Shown here: piece after piece, positions 12,321-28,576 of the stretch
How the letters are laid out: every line of letters begins with the position of its first letter
Numbering within the stretch: position 1 is the stretch's first letter
Assembly (NCBI GenBank): GCA_964057225.1
Contig: CAXKVF010000082.1
Span: forward strand, 248,001 to 312,000
Direction of reading: 5' to 3'
From: Auanema rhodensis
Taxonomy: Eukaryota; Animalia; Nematoda
DNA length: 64,000 nucleotides
Position numbers and translations under genes: made by a program
Notes under the pieces: model-generated
The model's input: only the letters and a program-made list of their open reading frames with translations
Databases searched by the model: none
Told to the model about the DNA's origin: nothing

Positions 12321-15312
12321 TAATATGGACATGGGGAATCTAATTTTGAAAACCGCATCTCTTTATCTTTCACGTGAAGCGAGTTACATACCAAGTGCAC
12401 ATCACGTGTACATTTAATTAGCATAAATTAAAGTTCACGTAAATTTCAAAGTCATGGTTACCATGAACCAATATCAATAAAAATTTGTTTTTAGACTAAT
12501 ATGGACATGGGGAATCTAATTTTGAAAACCGCATCTCTTTATCTTTCACGTGAAGCGAGTTACATACCAAGTGCACATCACGTGTACATTTAATTAGCAT
12601 AAATTAAAGTTCACGTAAATTTCAAAGTCATGGTTACCATGCACCAATATCAATAAAAATTTGTTTTTAGACTAATATGGACATGGGGAATTTAATTTTG
12701 AAAACCGCATCTCTTTATCTTTCACGTGAAGCGAGTTACATACCAAGTGCACATCACGTGTACATTTAATTAGCATAAATTAAAGTTCACGTAAATTTCA
12801 AAGTCATGGTTACCATGAAGCAATATCAATAAAAATTTGTTTTTAGACTAATATGGACATGGGGAATCTAATTTTGAAAACCGCATCTCTTTATCTTTCA
12901 CGTGAAGCGAGTTACATACCAAGTGCACATCACGTGTACATTTAATTAGCATGAATTAAAGTTCACGTAAATTTCAAAGTCATGGTTACCATGCACCAAT
13001 ATCAATAAAAATTTGTTTTTAGACTAATATGGACATGGGGAATCTAATTTTGAAAACCGCATCTCTTTATCTTTCACGTGAAGCGAGTTACATACCAAGT
13101 GCACATCACGTGTACATTTAATTAGCATAAATTAAAGTTCACGTAAATTTCAAAGTCATGGTTACCATGCACCAATATCAATAAAAATTTGTTTTTAGAC
13201 TAATATGGACATGGGGAATCTAATTTTGAAAACCGCATCTCTTTATCTTTCACGTGAAGCGAGTTACATACCAAGTGCACATCACGTGTACATTTAATTA
13301 GCATAAATTAAAGTTCACGTAAATTTCAAAGTCATGGTTACCATGAACCTATATCAATAAAAATTTGTTTTTAGACTAATATGGACATGGGGAATCTAAT
13401 TTTGAAAACCGCATCTCTTTATCTTTCACGTGAAGCGAGTTACATACCAAGTGCACATCACGTGTACATTTAATTAGCATAAATTAAAGTTCACGTAAAT
13501 TTCAAAGTCATGGTTACCATGAACCAATATCAATAAAAATTTGTTTTTAGACTAATATGGACATGGGGAATCTAATTTTGAAAACCGCATTTCTTTATCT
13601 TTCACGTGAAGCGAGTTACATACCAAGTGCACATCACGTGTACATTTAATTAGCATAAATTAAAGTTCACGTAAAATTCAAAGTCATGGTTACCATGCAC
13701 CAATATCAATAAAAATTTGTTTTTAGACTAATATGGACATGGAGAATCTAATTTTGAAAACCGCATCTCTTTATCTTTCACGTGAAGCGAGTTACATACC
13801 AAGTGCACATCACGTGTACATTTAATTAGCATAAATTAAAGTTCACGTAAATTTCAAAGTCATGGTTACCATGAACCAATATCAATAAAAATTTGTTTTT
13901 AGACTAATATGGACATGGGGAATCTAATTTTGAAAACCGCATCTCTTTATCTTTCACGTGAAGCGAGTTACATACCAAGTGCTTATCACGTGTACATTTA
14001 ATTAGCATAAATTAAAGTTCACGTAAATTTCAAAGTCATGGTTACCATGAACCAATATCAATAAAAATTTGTTTTTAGACTAATATGGACATGGGGAATC
14101 TAATTTTGAAAACCGCATCTCTTTATCTTTCACGTGAAGCGAGTTACATACCAAGTGCACATCACGTGTACATTTAATTAGCATAAATTAAAGTTCACGT
14201 AAATTTCAAAGTCATGGTTACCATGCACCAATATCAATAAAAATTTGTTTTTAGACTAATATGGACATGGGGAATCTAATTTTGAAAACCGCATCTCTTT
14301 ATCTTTCACGTGAAGCGAGTTACATACCAAGTGCACATCACGTGTACATTTAATTAGCATAAATTAAAGTTCACGTAAATTTCAAAGTCATGGTTACCAT
14401 GAACCAATATCAATAAAAATTTGTTTTTAGACTAATATGGACATGGGGAATCTAATTTTGAAAACCGCATCTCTTTATCTTTCACGTGAAGCGAGTTACA
14501 TACCAAGTGCACATCACGTGTACATTTAATTAGCATAAATTAAAGTTCACGTAAATTTCAAAGTCATGGTTACCATGCACCAATATCAATAAAAATTTGT
14601 TTTTAGACTAATATGGACATGGGGAATTTAATTTTGAAAACCGCATCTCTTTATCTTTCACGTGAAGCGAGTTACATACCAAGTGCACATCACGTGTACA
14701 TTTAATTAGCATAAATTAAAGTTCACGTAAATTTCAAAGTCATGGTTACCATGAAGCAATATCAATAAAAATTTGTTTTTAGACTAATATGGACATGGGG
14801 AATCTAATTTTGAAAACCGCATCTCTTTATCTTTCACGTGAAGCGAGTTACATACCAAGTGCACATCACGTGTACATTTAATTAGCATGAATTAAAGTTC
14901 ACGTAAATTTCAAAGTCATGGTTACCATGCACCAATATCAATAAAAATTTGTTTTTAGACTAATATGGACATGGGGAATCTAATTTTGAAAACCGCATCT
15001 CTTTATCTTTCACGTGAAGCGAGTTACATACCAAGTGCACATCACGTGTACATTTAATTAGCATAAATTAAAGTTCACGTAAATTTCAAAGTCATGGTTA
15101 CCATGCACCAATATCAATAAAAATTTGTTTTTAGACTAATATGGACATGGGGAATCTAATTTTGAAAACCGCATCTCTTTATCTTTCACGTGAAGCGAGT
15201 TACATACCAAGTGCACATCACGTGTACATTTAATTAGCATAAATTAAAGTTCACGTAAATTTCAAAGTCATGGTTACCATGAACCTATATCAATAAAAAT
15301 TTGTTTTTAGAC
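12321..15312. repeat. 11-monomer (1936 bp) spaced duplication of a variant cassette
   Basis: The cassette GAATTT/GAAGC, CATGAATT/GCACC, GCACC, AACCT starts at 12673 and again at 14609. Confidence 0.75.
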
Positions 15313-15488
15313 TAATATGGACATGGGGAATCTAATTTTGAAAACCGCATCTCTTTATCTTTCACGTGAAGCGAGTTACATACCAAGTGCACATCACGTG
15401 TACATTTAATTAGCATAAATTAAAGTTCACGTAAATTTCAAAGTCATGGTTACCATGAAGCAATATCAATAAAAATTTGTTTTTAGAC

Positions 15489-15552
15489 TAATATGGACAT
15501 GGGGAATCTAATTTTCTAATGAAGCAATATCAATAAAAATTTGTTTTTAGAC
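15489..15552. repeat. Deleted 64-bp monomer (consensus 1-27 + CTA + consensus 143-176)
   Basis: The sequence reads ...GGAATCTAATTTT-CTA-ATGAAGCAATATC..., and the array phase shifts by 112 bp. Confidence 0.95.
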
Positions 15553-18500
15553 TAATATGGACATGGGGAATCTAATTTTGAAAACCGCATCTCTTTATCT
15601 TTCACGTGAAGCGAGTTACATACCAAGTGCACATCACGTGTACATTTAATTAGCATGAATTAAAGTTCACGTAAATTTCAAAGTCATGGTTACCATGCAC
15701 CAATATCAATAAAAATTTGTTTTTAGACTAATATGGACATGGGGAATCTAATTTTGAAAACCGCATCTCTTTATCTTTCACGTGAAGCGAGTTACATACC
15801 AAGTGCACATCACGTGTACATTTAATTAGCATGAATTAAAGTTCACGTAAATTTCAAAGTCATGGTTACCATGCACCAATATCAATAAAAATTTGTTTTT
15901 AGACTAATATGGACATGGGGAATCTAATTTTGAAAACCGCATCTCTTTATCTTTCACGTGAAGCGAGTTACATACCAAGTGCACATCACGTGTACATTTA
16001 ATTAGCATAAATTAAAGTTCACGTAAATTTCAAAGTCATGGTTACCATGAACCTATATCAATAAAAATTTGTTTTTAGACTAATATGGACATGGGGAATC
16101 TAATTTTGAAAACCGCATCTCTTTATCTTTCACGTGAAGCGAGTTACATACCAAGTGCACATCACGTGTACATTTAATTAGCATAAATTAAAGTTCACGT
16201 AAATTTCAAAGTCATGGTTACCATGAAGCAATATCAATAAAAATTTGTTTTTAGACTAATATGGACATGGGGAATCTAATTTTGAAAACCGCATCTCTTT
16301 ATCTTTCACGTGAAGCGAGTTACATACCAAGTGCACATCACGTGTACATTTAATTAGCATAAATTAAAGTTCACGTAAATTTCAAAGTCATGGTTACCAT
16401 GAAGCAATATCAATAAAAATTTGTTTTTAGACTAATATGGACATGGGGAATCTAATTTTGAAAACCGCATCTCTTTATCTTTCACGTGAAGCGAGTTACA
16501 TACCAAGTGCACATCACGTGTACATTTAATTAGCATAAATTAAAGTTCACGTAAATTTCAAAGTCATGGTTACCATGAACCAATATCAATAAAAATTTGT
16601 TTTTAGACTAATATGGACATGGGGAATCTAATTTTAAAAACCGCATCTCTTTATCTTTCACGTGAAGCGAGTTACATACCAAGTGCACATCACGTGAACA
16701 TTTAATTAGCATAAATTAGTGTTCACGTAAATTTCAAAGTCATGGTTACCATGAACCAATATCAATAAAAATTTGTTGTTAGACTAATATGGACATGGGG
16801 AATCTAATTTTGAAAACCGCATCTCTTTATCTTTCACGTGAAGCGAGTTACATACCAAGTGCACATCACGTGTACATTTAATTAGCATAAATTAAAGTTC
16901 ACGTAAATTTCAAAGTCATGGTTACCATGCACCAATATCAATAAAAATTTGTTTTTAGACTAATATGGACATGGGGAATCTAATTTTGAAAACCGCATCT
17001 CTTTATCTTTCACGTGAAGCGAGTTACATACCAAGTGCACATCACGTGTACATTTAATTAGCATAAATTAAAGTTCACGTAAATTTCAAATTCATGGTTA
17101 CCATGCACCAATATCATTAAAAATTTGTTTTTTGACTAATATGGACATGGGGAATCTAATTTTGAAAACCGCATCTCTTTATCTTTCACGTGAAGCGAGT
17201 TACATACCAAGTGCACATCACGTGTACATTTAATTAGCATAAATTAAAGTTCACGTAAATTTCAAAGTCATGGTTACCATGAACCAATATCAATAAAAAT
17301 TTGTTTTTAGACTAATATGGACATGGGGAATCTAATTTTGAAAACCGCATTTCTTTATCTTCCACGTGAAGCGAGTTACATACCAAGTGCACATCACGTG
17401 TACATTTAATTAGCATAAATTAAAGTTCACGTAAAATTCAAAGTCATGGTTACCATGCACCAATATCAATAAAAATTTGTTTTTAGACTAATATGGACAT
17501 GGAGAATCTAATTTTGAAAACCGCATCTCTTTATCTTTCACGTGAAGCGAGTTACATACCAAGTGCACATCACGTGTACATTTAATTAGCATAAATTAAA
17601 GTTCACGTAAATTTCAAAGTCATGGTTACCATGAACCAATATCAATAAAAATTTGTTTTTAGACTAATATGGACATGGGGAATCTAATTTTGGAAACCGC
17701 ATCTCTTTATCTTTCACGTGAAGCGAGTTACATACCAAGTGCACATCACGTGTACATTTAATTAGCATAAATTAAAGTTCACGTAAATTTCAAAGTCATG
17801 GTTACCATGAACCAATATCAATAAAAATTTGTTTTTAGACTAATATGGACATGGGGAATCTAATTTTGAAAACCGCATCTCTTTATCTTTCACGTGAAGC
17901 GAGTTACATACCAAGTGCACATCACGTGTACATTTAATTAGCATAAATTAAAGTTCACGTAAATTTCAAAGTCATGGTTACCATGAAGCAATATCAATAA
18001 AAATTTGTTTTTAGACTAATATGGACATGTGGAATCTAATTTTGAAAACCGCATCTCTTTATCTTTCACGTGAAGCGAGTTACATACCAAGAGCACATCA
18101 CGTGTACATTTAATTAGCATAAATTAAAGTTCACGTAAATTTCAAAGTCATGGTTACCATGAACCAATATCAATAAAAATTTGTTTTTAGACTAATATGG
18201 ACATGGGGAATCTAATTTTGAAAACCGCATCTCTTTATCTTTGACGTGAAGCGAGTTACATACCAAGTGCACATCACGTGTACATTTAATTAGCATAAAT
18301 TAAAGTTCACGTAAATTTCAAAGTCATGGTTACCATGAAGCAATATCAATAAAAATTTGTTTTTAGACTAATATGGACATGGGGAATCTAATTTTGAAAA
18401 CCGCATCTCTTTATCTTTCACGTGAAGCGAGTTACATACCAAGTGCACATCACGTGTACATTTAATTAGCATAAATTAAAGTTCACGTAAATTTCAAAGT

Positions 18501-21500
18501 CATGGTTACCATGAACCAATATCAATAAAAATTTGTTTTTAGACTAATATGGACATGGGGAATCTAATTTTGAAAACGGCATCTCTTTATCTTTCACGTG
18601 AAGCAAGTTACATACCAAGTGCACATCACGTGTACATTTAATTAGCATAAATTAAAGTTCACGTAAATTTCAAAGTCATGGTTACCATGAACCAATATCA
18701 ATAAAAATTTGTTTTTAGACTAATATGGACATGGGGAATCTAATTTTGAAAACCGCATCTCTTTATCTTTCACGTGAAGCGAGTTACATATCAAGTGCAC
18801 ATCACGTGTACATTTAATTAGCATAAATTAAAGTTCACGTAAATTTCAAAGTCATGGTTACCATGAACCAATATCAATAAAAATTTGTTTTTAGACTAAT
18901 ATGGACATGGGGAATCTAATTTTAAAAACCGCATCTCTTTATCTTTCACGTGAAGCGAGTTACATACCAAGTGCACATCACGTGTACATTTAATTAGCAT
19001 AAATTAAAGTTCACGTAAATTTCAAAGTCATGGTTACCATGAACCAATATCAATAAAAATTTGTTTTTAGACTAATATGGACATGGGGAATCTAATTTTG
19101 AAAACCGCATCTCTTTATCTTTCACGTGAAGCGAGTTACATACCAAGTGCACATCACGTGTACATTTAATTAGCATAAATTAAAGTTCACGTAAATTTCA
19201 AAGTCATGGTTACCATGAACCAATATCAATAAAAATTTGTTTTTAGACTAATATGGACATGGGGAATCTAATTTTGAAAACCGCATCTCTTTATCTTTCA
19301 CGTGAAGCGAGTTACATACCAAGTGCACATCACGTGTACATTTAATTAGCATAAATTAAAGTTCACGTAAATTTCAAAGTCATGGTTACCATGAACCAAT
19401 ATCAATAAAAATTTGTTTTTAGACTAATATGGACATGGGGAATCTAATTTTGAAAACCGCATCTCTTTATCTTTCACGTGAAGCGAGTTACATACCAAGT
19501 GCACATCACGTGTACATTTAATTAGCATAAATTAAAGTTCACGTAAATTTCAAAGTCATGGTTACCATGAACCTATATCAATAAAAATTTGTTTTTAGAC
19601 TAATATGGACATGGGGAATCTAATTTTGAAAACCGCATCTCTTTATCTTTCACGTGAAGCGAGTTACATACCAAGTGCACATCACGTGTACATTTAATTA
19701 GCATAAATTAAAGTTCACGTAAATTTCAAAGTCATGGTTACCATGAAGCAATATCAATAAAAATTTGTTTTTAGACTAATATGGACATGGGGAATCTAAT
19801 TTTGAAAACCGCATCTCTTTATCTTTCACGTGAAGCGAGTTACATACCAAGTGCACATCACGTGTACATTTAATTAGCATAAATTAAAGTTCACGTAAAT
19901 TTCAAAGTCATGGTTACCATGAACCAATATCAATAAAAATTTGTTTTTAGACTAATATGGACATGGGGAATCTAATTTTGAAAACCGCATCTCTTTATCT
20001 TTCACGTGAAGCGAGTTACATACCAAGTGCACATCACGTGTACATTTAATTAGCATAAATTAAAGTTCACGTAAATTTCAAAGTCATGGTTACCATGAAC
20101 CAATATCAATAAAAATTTGTTTTTAGACTAATATGGACATGGGGAATCTAATTTTGAAAACCGCATCTCTTTATCTTTCACGTGAAGCGAGTTACATACC
20201 AAGTGCACATCACGTGTACATTTAATTAGCATAAATTAAAGTTCACGTAAATTTCAAAGTCATGGTTACCATGAACCAATATCAATAAAAATTTGTTTTT
20301 AGACTAATATGGACATGGGGAATCTAATTTTGAAAACCGCATCTCTTTATCTTTCACGTGAAGCGAGTTACATACCAAGTGCACATCACGTGTACATTTA
20401 ATTAGCATAAATTAAAGTTCACGTAAATTTCAAAGTCATGGTTACCATGAACCTATATCAATAAAAATTTGTTTTTAGACTAATATGGACATGGGGAATC
20501 TAATTTTGAAAACCGCATCTCTTTATCTTTCACGTGAAGCGAGTTACATACCAAGTGCACATCACGTGTACATTTAATTAGCATAAATTAAAGTTCACGT
20601 AAATTTCAAAGTCATGGTTACCATGAAGCAATATCAATAAAAATTTGTTTTTAGACTAATATGGACATGGGGAATCTAATTTTGAAAACCGCATCTCTTT
20701 ATCTTTCACGTGAAGCGAGTTACATACCAAGTGCACATCACGTGTACATTTAATTAGCATAAATTAAAGTTCACGTAAATTTCAAAGTCATGGTTACCAT
20801 GAACCAATATCAATAAAAATTTGTTTTTAGACTAATATGGACATGGGGAATCTAATTTTGAAAACCGCATCTCTTTATCTTTCACGTGAAGCGAGTTACA
20901 TACCAAGTGCACATCACGTGTACATTTAATTAGCATAAATTAAAGTTCACGTAAATTTCAAAGTCATGGTTACCATGAACCAATATCAATAAAAATTTGT
21001 TTTTAGACTAATATGGACATGGGGAATCTAATTTTGAAAACCGCATCTCTTTATCTTTCACGTGAAGCGAGTTACATACCAAGTGCACATCACGTGTACA
21101 TTTAATTAGCATAAATTAAAGTTCACGTAAATTTCAAAGTCATGGTTACCATGAACCTATATCAATAAAAATTTGTTTTTAGACTAATATGGACATGGGG
21201 AATCTAATTTTGAAAACCGCATCTCTTTATCTTTCACGTGAAGCGAGTTACATACCAAGTGCACATCACGTGTACATTTAATTAGCATAAATTAAAGTTC
21301 ACGTAAATTTCAAAGTCATGGTTACCATGAAGCAATATCAATAAAAATTTGTTTTTAGACTAATATGGACATGGGGAATCTAATTTTGAAAACCGCATCT
21401 CTTTATCTTTCACGTGAAGCGAGTTACATACCAAGTGCACATCACGTGTACATTTAATTAGCATAAATTAAAGTTCACGTAAATTTCAAAGTCATGGTTA

Positions 21501-24500
21501 CCATGAACCAATATCAATAAAAATTTGTTTTTAGACTAATATGGACATGGGGAATCTAATTTTGAAAACCGCATCTCTTTATCTTTCACGTGAAGCGAGT
21601 TACATACCAAGTGCACATCACGTGTACATTTAATTAGCATAAATTAAAGTTCACGTAAATTTCAAAGTCATGGTTACCATGAACCAATATCAATAAAAAT
21701 TTGTTTTTAGACTAATATGGACATGGGGAATCTAATTTTGAAAACCGCATCTCTTTATCTTTCACGTGAAGCGAGTTACATACCAAGTGCACATCACGTG
21801 TACATTTAATTAGCATAAATTAAAGTTCACGTAAATTTCAAAGTCATGGTTACCATGAAGCAATATCAATAAAAATTTGTTTTTAGACTAATATGGACAT
21901 GGGGAATCTAATTTTGAAAACCGCATCTCTTTATCTTTCACGTGAAGCGAGTTACATACCAAGTGCACATCACGTGTACATTTAATTAGCATAAATTAAA
22001 GTTCACGTAAATTTCAAAGTCATGGTTACCATGAACCAATATCAATAAAAATTTGTTTTTAGACTAATATGGACATGGGGAATCTAATTTTGAAAACCGC
22101 ATCTCTTTATCTTTCACGTGAAGCGAGTTACATACCAAGTGCACATCACGTGTACATTTAATTAGCATAAATTAAAGTTCACGTAAATTTCAAAGTCATG
22201 GTTACCATGAACCAATATCAATAAAAATTTGTTTTTAGACTAATATGGACATGGGGAATCTAATTTTGAAAACCGCATCTCATTATCTTTCACGTGAAGC
22301 GAGTTACATACCAAGTGCACATCACGTGTACATTTAATTAGCATAAATTAAAGTTCACGTAAATTTCAAAGTCATGGTTACCATGAACCAATATCAATAA
22401 AAATTTGTTTTTAGACTAATATGGACATGGGGAATCTAATTTTGAAAACCGCATCTCTTTATCTTTCACGTGAAGCGAGTTACATACCAAGTGCACATCA
22501 CGTGTACATTTAATTAGCATAAATTAAAGTTCACGTAAATTTCAAAGTCATGGTTACCATGAACCTATATCAATAAAAATTTGTTTTTAGACTAATATGG
22601 ACATGGGGAATCTAATTTTGAAAACCGCATCTCTTTATCTTTCACGTGAAGCGAGTTACATACCAAGTGCACATCACGTGTACATTTAATTAGCATAAAT
22701 TAAAGTTCACGTAAATTTCAAAGTCATGGTTACCATGAAGCAATATCAATAAAAATTTGTTTTTAGACTAATATGGACATGGGGAATCTAATTTTGAAAA
22801 CCGCATCTCTTTATCTTTCACGTGAAGCGAGTTACATACCAAGTGCACATCACGTGTACATTTAATTAGCATAAATTAAAGTTCACGTAAATTTCAAAGT
22901 CATGGTTACCATGAACCAATATCAATAAAAATTTGTTTTTAGACTAATATGGACATGGGGAATCTAATTTTGAAAACCGCATCTCTTTATCTTTCACGTG
23001 AAGCGAGTTACATACCAAGTGCACATCACGTGTACATTTAATTAGCATAAATTAAAGTTCACGTAAATTTCAAAGTCATGGTTACCATGAACCAATATCA
23101 ATAAAAATTTGTTTTTAGACTAATATGGACATGGGGAATCTAATTTTGAAAACCGCATCTCTTTATCTTTCACGTGAAGCGAGTTACATACCAAGTGCAC
23201 ATCACGTGTACATTTAATTAGCATAAATTAAAGTTCACGTAAATTTCAAAGTCATGGTTACCATGAACCTATATCAATAAAAATTTGTTTTTAGACTAAT
23301 ATGGACATGGGGAATCTAATTTTGAAAACCGCATCTCTTTATCTTTCACGTGAAGCGAGTTACATACCAAGTGCACATCACGTGTACATTTAATTAGCAT
23401 AAATTAAAGTTCACGTAAATTTCAAAGTCATGGTTACCATGAAGCAATATCAATAAAAATTTGTTTTTAGACTAATATGGACATGGGGAATCTAATTTTG
23501 AAAACCGCATCTCTTTATCTTTCACGTGAAGCGAGTTACATACCAAGTGCACATCACGTGTACATTTAATTAGCATAAATTAAAGTTCACGTAAATTTCA
23601 AAGTCATGGTTACCATGAACCAATATCAATAAAAATTTGTTTTTAGACTAATATGGACATGGGGAATCTAATTTTGAAAACCGCATCTCTTTATCTTTCA
23701 CGTGAAGCGAGTTACATACCAAGTGCACATCACGTGTACATTTAATTAGCATAAATTAAAGTTCACGTAAATTTCAAAGTCATGGTTACCATGAAGCAAT
23801 ATCAATAAAAATTTGTTTTTAGACTAATATGGACATGGGGAATCTAATTTTGAAAACCGCATCTCTTTATCTTTCACGTGAAGCGAGTTACATACCAAGT
23901 GCACATCACGTGTACATTTAATTAGCATAAATTAAAGTTCACGTAAATTTCAAAGTCATGGTTACCATGAAGCAATATCAATAAAAATTTGTTTTTAGAC
24001 TAATATGGACATGGGGAATCTAATTTTGAAAACCGCATCTCTTTATCTTTCACGTGAAGCGAGTTACATACCAAGTGCACATCACGTGTACATTTAATTA
24101 GCATAAATTAAAGTTCACGTAAATTTCAAAGTCATGGTTACCATGAACCAATATCAATAAAAATTTGTTTTTAGACTAATATGGACATGGGGAATCTAAT
24201 TTTGAAAACCGCATCTCTTTATCTTTCACGTGAAGCGAGTTACATACCAAGTGCACATCACGTGTACATTTAATTAGCATAAATTAAAGTTCACGTAAAT
24301 TTCAAAGTCATGGTTACCATGAACCAATATCAATAAAAATTTGTTTTTAGACTAACATAGACATGGGGAATCTAATTTTGAGAACCGCATCTCTTTATCT
24401 TTCACGTGAAGCGAGTTACATACCAAGTGCACATCACGTGTACATTTAATTAGCATAAATTAAAGTTCACGTAAATTTCAAAGTCATGGTTACCATGAAC

Positions 24501-27500
24501 CAATATCAATAAAAATTTGTGTTTAGACTAATATGGACATGGGGAATCTAATTTTGAAAACCGCATTTCTTTATCTTTCACGTGAAGCGAGTTACATACC
24601 AAGTGCACATCACGTGTACATTTAATTAGCATAAATTAAAGTTCACGTAAAATTCAAAGTCATGGTTACCATGCACCAATATCAATAAAAATTTGTTTTT
24701 AGACTAATATGGACATGGAGAATCTAATTTTGAAAACCGCATCTCTTTATCTTTCACGTGAAGCGAGTTACATACCAAGTGCACATCACGTGTACATTTA
24801 ATTAGCATAAATTAAAGTTCACGTAAATTTCAAAGTCATGGTTACCATGAACCAATATCAATAAAAATTTGTTTTTAGACTAATATGGACATGGGGAATC
24901 TAATTTTGAAAACCGCATCTCTTTATCTTTCACGTGAAGCGAGTTACATACCAAGTGCACATCACGTGTACATTTAATTAGCATAAATTAAAGTTCACGT
25001 AAATTTCAAAGTCATGGTTACAATGCACCAATATCAATAAAAATTTGTTTTTAGACTAATATGGACATGGGGAATCTAATTTTGAAAACCGCATCTCTTT
25101 ATCTTTCACGTGAAGCGAGTTACATACCAAGTGCACATCACGTGTACATTTAATTAGCATAAATTAAAGTTCACGTAAATTTCAAAGTCATGGTTACCAT
25201 GAACCTATATCAATAAAAATTTGTTTTTAGACTAATATGGACATGGGGAATCTAATTTTGAAAACCGCATCTCTTTATCTTTCACGTGAAGCGAGTTACA
25301 TACCAAGTGCACATCACGTGTACATTTAATTAGCATAAATTAAAGTTCACGTAAATTTCAAAGTCATGGTTACCATGAACCAATATCAATAAAAATTTGT
25401 TTTTAGACTAATATGGACATGGGGAATCTAATTTTGAAAACCGCATCTCTTTATCTTTCACGTGAAGCGAGTTACATACCAAGTGCACATCACGTGTACA
25501 TTTAATTAGCATAAATTAAAGTTCACGTAAATTTCAAAGTCATGGTTACCATGAAGCAATATCAATAAAAATTTGTTTTTAGACTAATATGGACATGTGG
25601 AATCTAATTTTGAAAACCGCATCTCTTTATCTTTCACGTGAAGCGAGTTACATACCAAGTGCACATCACGTGTACATTTAATTAGCATAAATTAAAGTTC
25701 ACGTAAATTTCAAAGTCATGGTTACCATGAAGCAATATCAATAAAAATTTGTTTTTAGACTAATATGGACATGGGGAATCTAATTTTGAAAACCGCATCT
25801 CTTTATCTTTCACGTGAAGCGAGTTACATACCAAGTGCACATCACGTGTACATTTAATTAGCATAAATTAAAGTTCACGTAAATTTCAAAGTCATGGTTA
25901 CCATGAAGCAATATCAATAAAAATTTGTTTTTAGACTAATATGGACATGGGGAATCTAATTTTGAAAACCGCATCTCTTTATCTTTCACGTGAAGCGAGT
26001 TACATACCAAGTGCACATCACGTGTACATTTAATTAGCATAAATTAAAGTTCACGTAAATTTCAAAGTCATGGTTACCATGAAGCAATATCAATAAAAAT
26101 TTGTTTTTAGACTAATATGGACATGGGGAATCTAATTTTGAAAACCGCATCTCTTTATCTTTCACGTGAAGCGAGTTACATACCAAGTGCACATCACGTG
26201 TACATTTAATTAGCATAAATTAAAGTTCACGTAAATTTCAAAGTCATGGTTACCATGAACCAATATCAATAAAAATTTGTTTTTAGACTAATATGGACAT
26301 GGGGAATCTAATTTTGAAAACCGCATCTCTTTATCTTTCACGTGAAGCGAGTTACATACCAAGTGCACATCACGTGTACATTTAATTAGCATAAATTAAA
26401 GTTCACGTAAATTTCAAAGTCATGGTTACCATTAAGCAATATCAATAAAAATTTGTTTTTAGACTAATATGGACATGTGGAATCTAATTTTGAAAACCGC
26501 ATCTCTTTATCTTTCACGTGAAGCGAGTTACATACCAAGTGCACATCACGTGTACATTTAATTAGCATAAATTAAAGTTCACGTAAATTTCAAAGTCATG
26601 GTTACCATGAAGCAATATCAATAAAAATTTGTTTTTAGACTAATATGGACATGGGGAATCTAATTTTGAAAACCGCATCTCTTTATCTTTCACGTGAAGC
26701 GAGTTACATACCAAGTGCACATCACGTGTACATTTAATTAGCATAAATTAAAGTTCACGTAAATTTCAAAGTCATGGTTACCATGAAGCAATATCAATAA
26801 AAATTTGTTTTTAGACTAATATGGACATGGGGAATCTAATTTTGAAAACCGCATCTCTTTATCTTTCACGTGAAGCGAGTTACATACCAAGTGCACATCA
26901 CGTGTACATTTAATTAGCATAAATTAAAGTTCACGTAAATTTCAAAGTCATGGTTACCATGAACCAATATCAATAAAAATTTGTTTTTAGACTAATATGG
27001 ACATGGGGAATCTAATTTTGAAAACCGCATCTCTTTATCTTTCACGTGAAGCGAGTTACATACCAAGTGCACATCACGTGTACATTTAATTAGCATAAAT
27101 TAAAGTTCACGTAAATTTCAAAGTCATGGTTACCATGCACCAATATCAATAAAAATTTGTTTTTAGACTAATATGGACATGGGGAATCTAATTTTGAAAA
27201 CCGCATCTCTTTATCTTTCACGTGAAGCGAGTTACATACCGAGTGCACATCACGTGTACATTTAATTAGCATAAATTAAAGTTCACGTAAATTTCAAAGT
27301 CATGGTTACCATGAACCAATATCAATAAAAATTTGTTTTTAGACTAATATGGACATGGGGAATCTAATTTTGAAAACCGCATCTCTTTATCTTTCACGTG
27401 AAGCGAGTTACATACCAAGTGCACATCACGTGTACATTTAATTAGCATAAATTAAAGTTCACGTAAATTTCAAAGTCATGGTTACCATGAACCAATATCA

Positions 27501-28576
27501 ATAAAAATTTGTTTTTAGACTAATATGGACATGGGGAATCTAATTTTGAAAACCGCATCTCTTTATCTTTCACGTGAAGCGAGTTACATACCAAGTGCAC
27601 ATCACGTGTACATTTAATTAGCATAAATTAAAGTTCACGTAAATTTCAAAGTCATGGTTACCATGAACCTATATCAATAAAAATTTGTTTTTAGACTAAT
27701 ATGGACATGGGGAATCTAATTTTGAAAACCGCATCTCTTTATCTTTCACGTGAAGCGAGTTACATACCAAGTGCACATCACGTGTACATTTAATTAGCAT
27801 AAATTAAAGTTCACGTAAATTTCAAAGTCATGGTTACCATGAAGCAATATCAATAAAAATTTGTTTTTAGACTAATATGGACATGGGGAATCTAATTTTG
27901 AAAACCGCATCTCTTTATCTTTCACGTGAAGCGAGTTACATACCAAGTGCACATCACGTGTACATTTAATTAGCATAAATTAAAGTTCACGTAAATTTCA
28001 AAGTCATGGTTACCATGAACCAATATCAATAAAAATTTGTTTTTAGACTAATATGGACATGGGGAATCTAATTTTGAAAACCGCATCTCTTTATCTTTCA
28101 CGTGAAGCGAGTTACATACCAAGTGCACATCACGTGTACATTTAATTAGCATAAATTAAAGTTCACGTAAATTTCAAAGTCATGGTTACCATGAACCAAT
28201 ATCAATAAAAATTTGTTTTTAGACTAATATGGACATGGGGAATCTAATTTTGAAAACCGCATCTCTTTATCTTTCACGTGAAGCGAGTTACATACCAAGT
28301 GCACATCACGTGTACATTTAATTAGCATAAATTAAAGTTCACGTAAATTTCAAAGTCATGGTTACCATGAAGCAATATCAATAAAAATTTGTTTTTAGAC
28401 TAATATGGACATGGGGAATCTAATTTTGAAAACCGCATCTCTTTATCTTTCACGTGAAGCGAGTTACATACCAAGTGCACATCACGTGTACATTTAATTA
28501 GCATAAATTAAAGTTCACGTAAATTTCAAAGTCATGGTTACCATGAAGCAATATCAATAAAAATTTGTTTTTAGAC

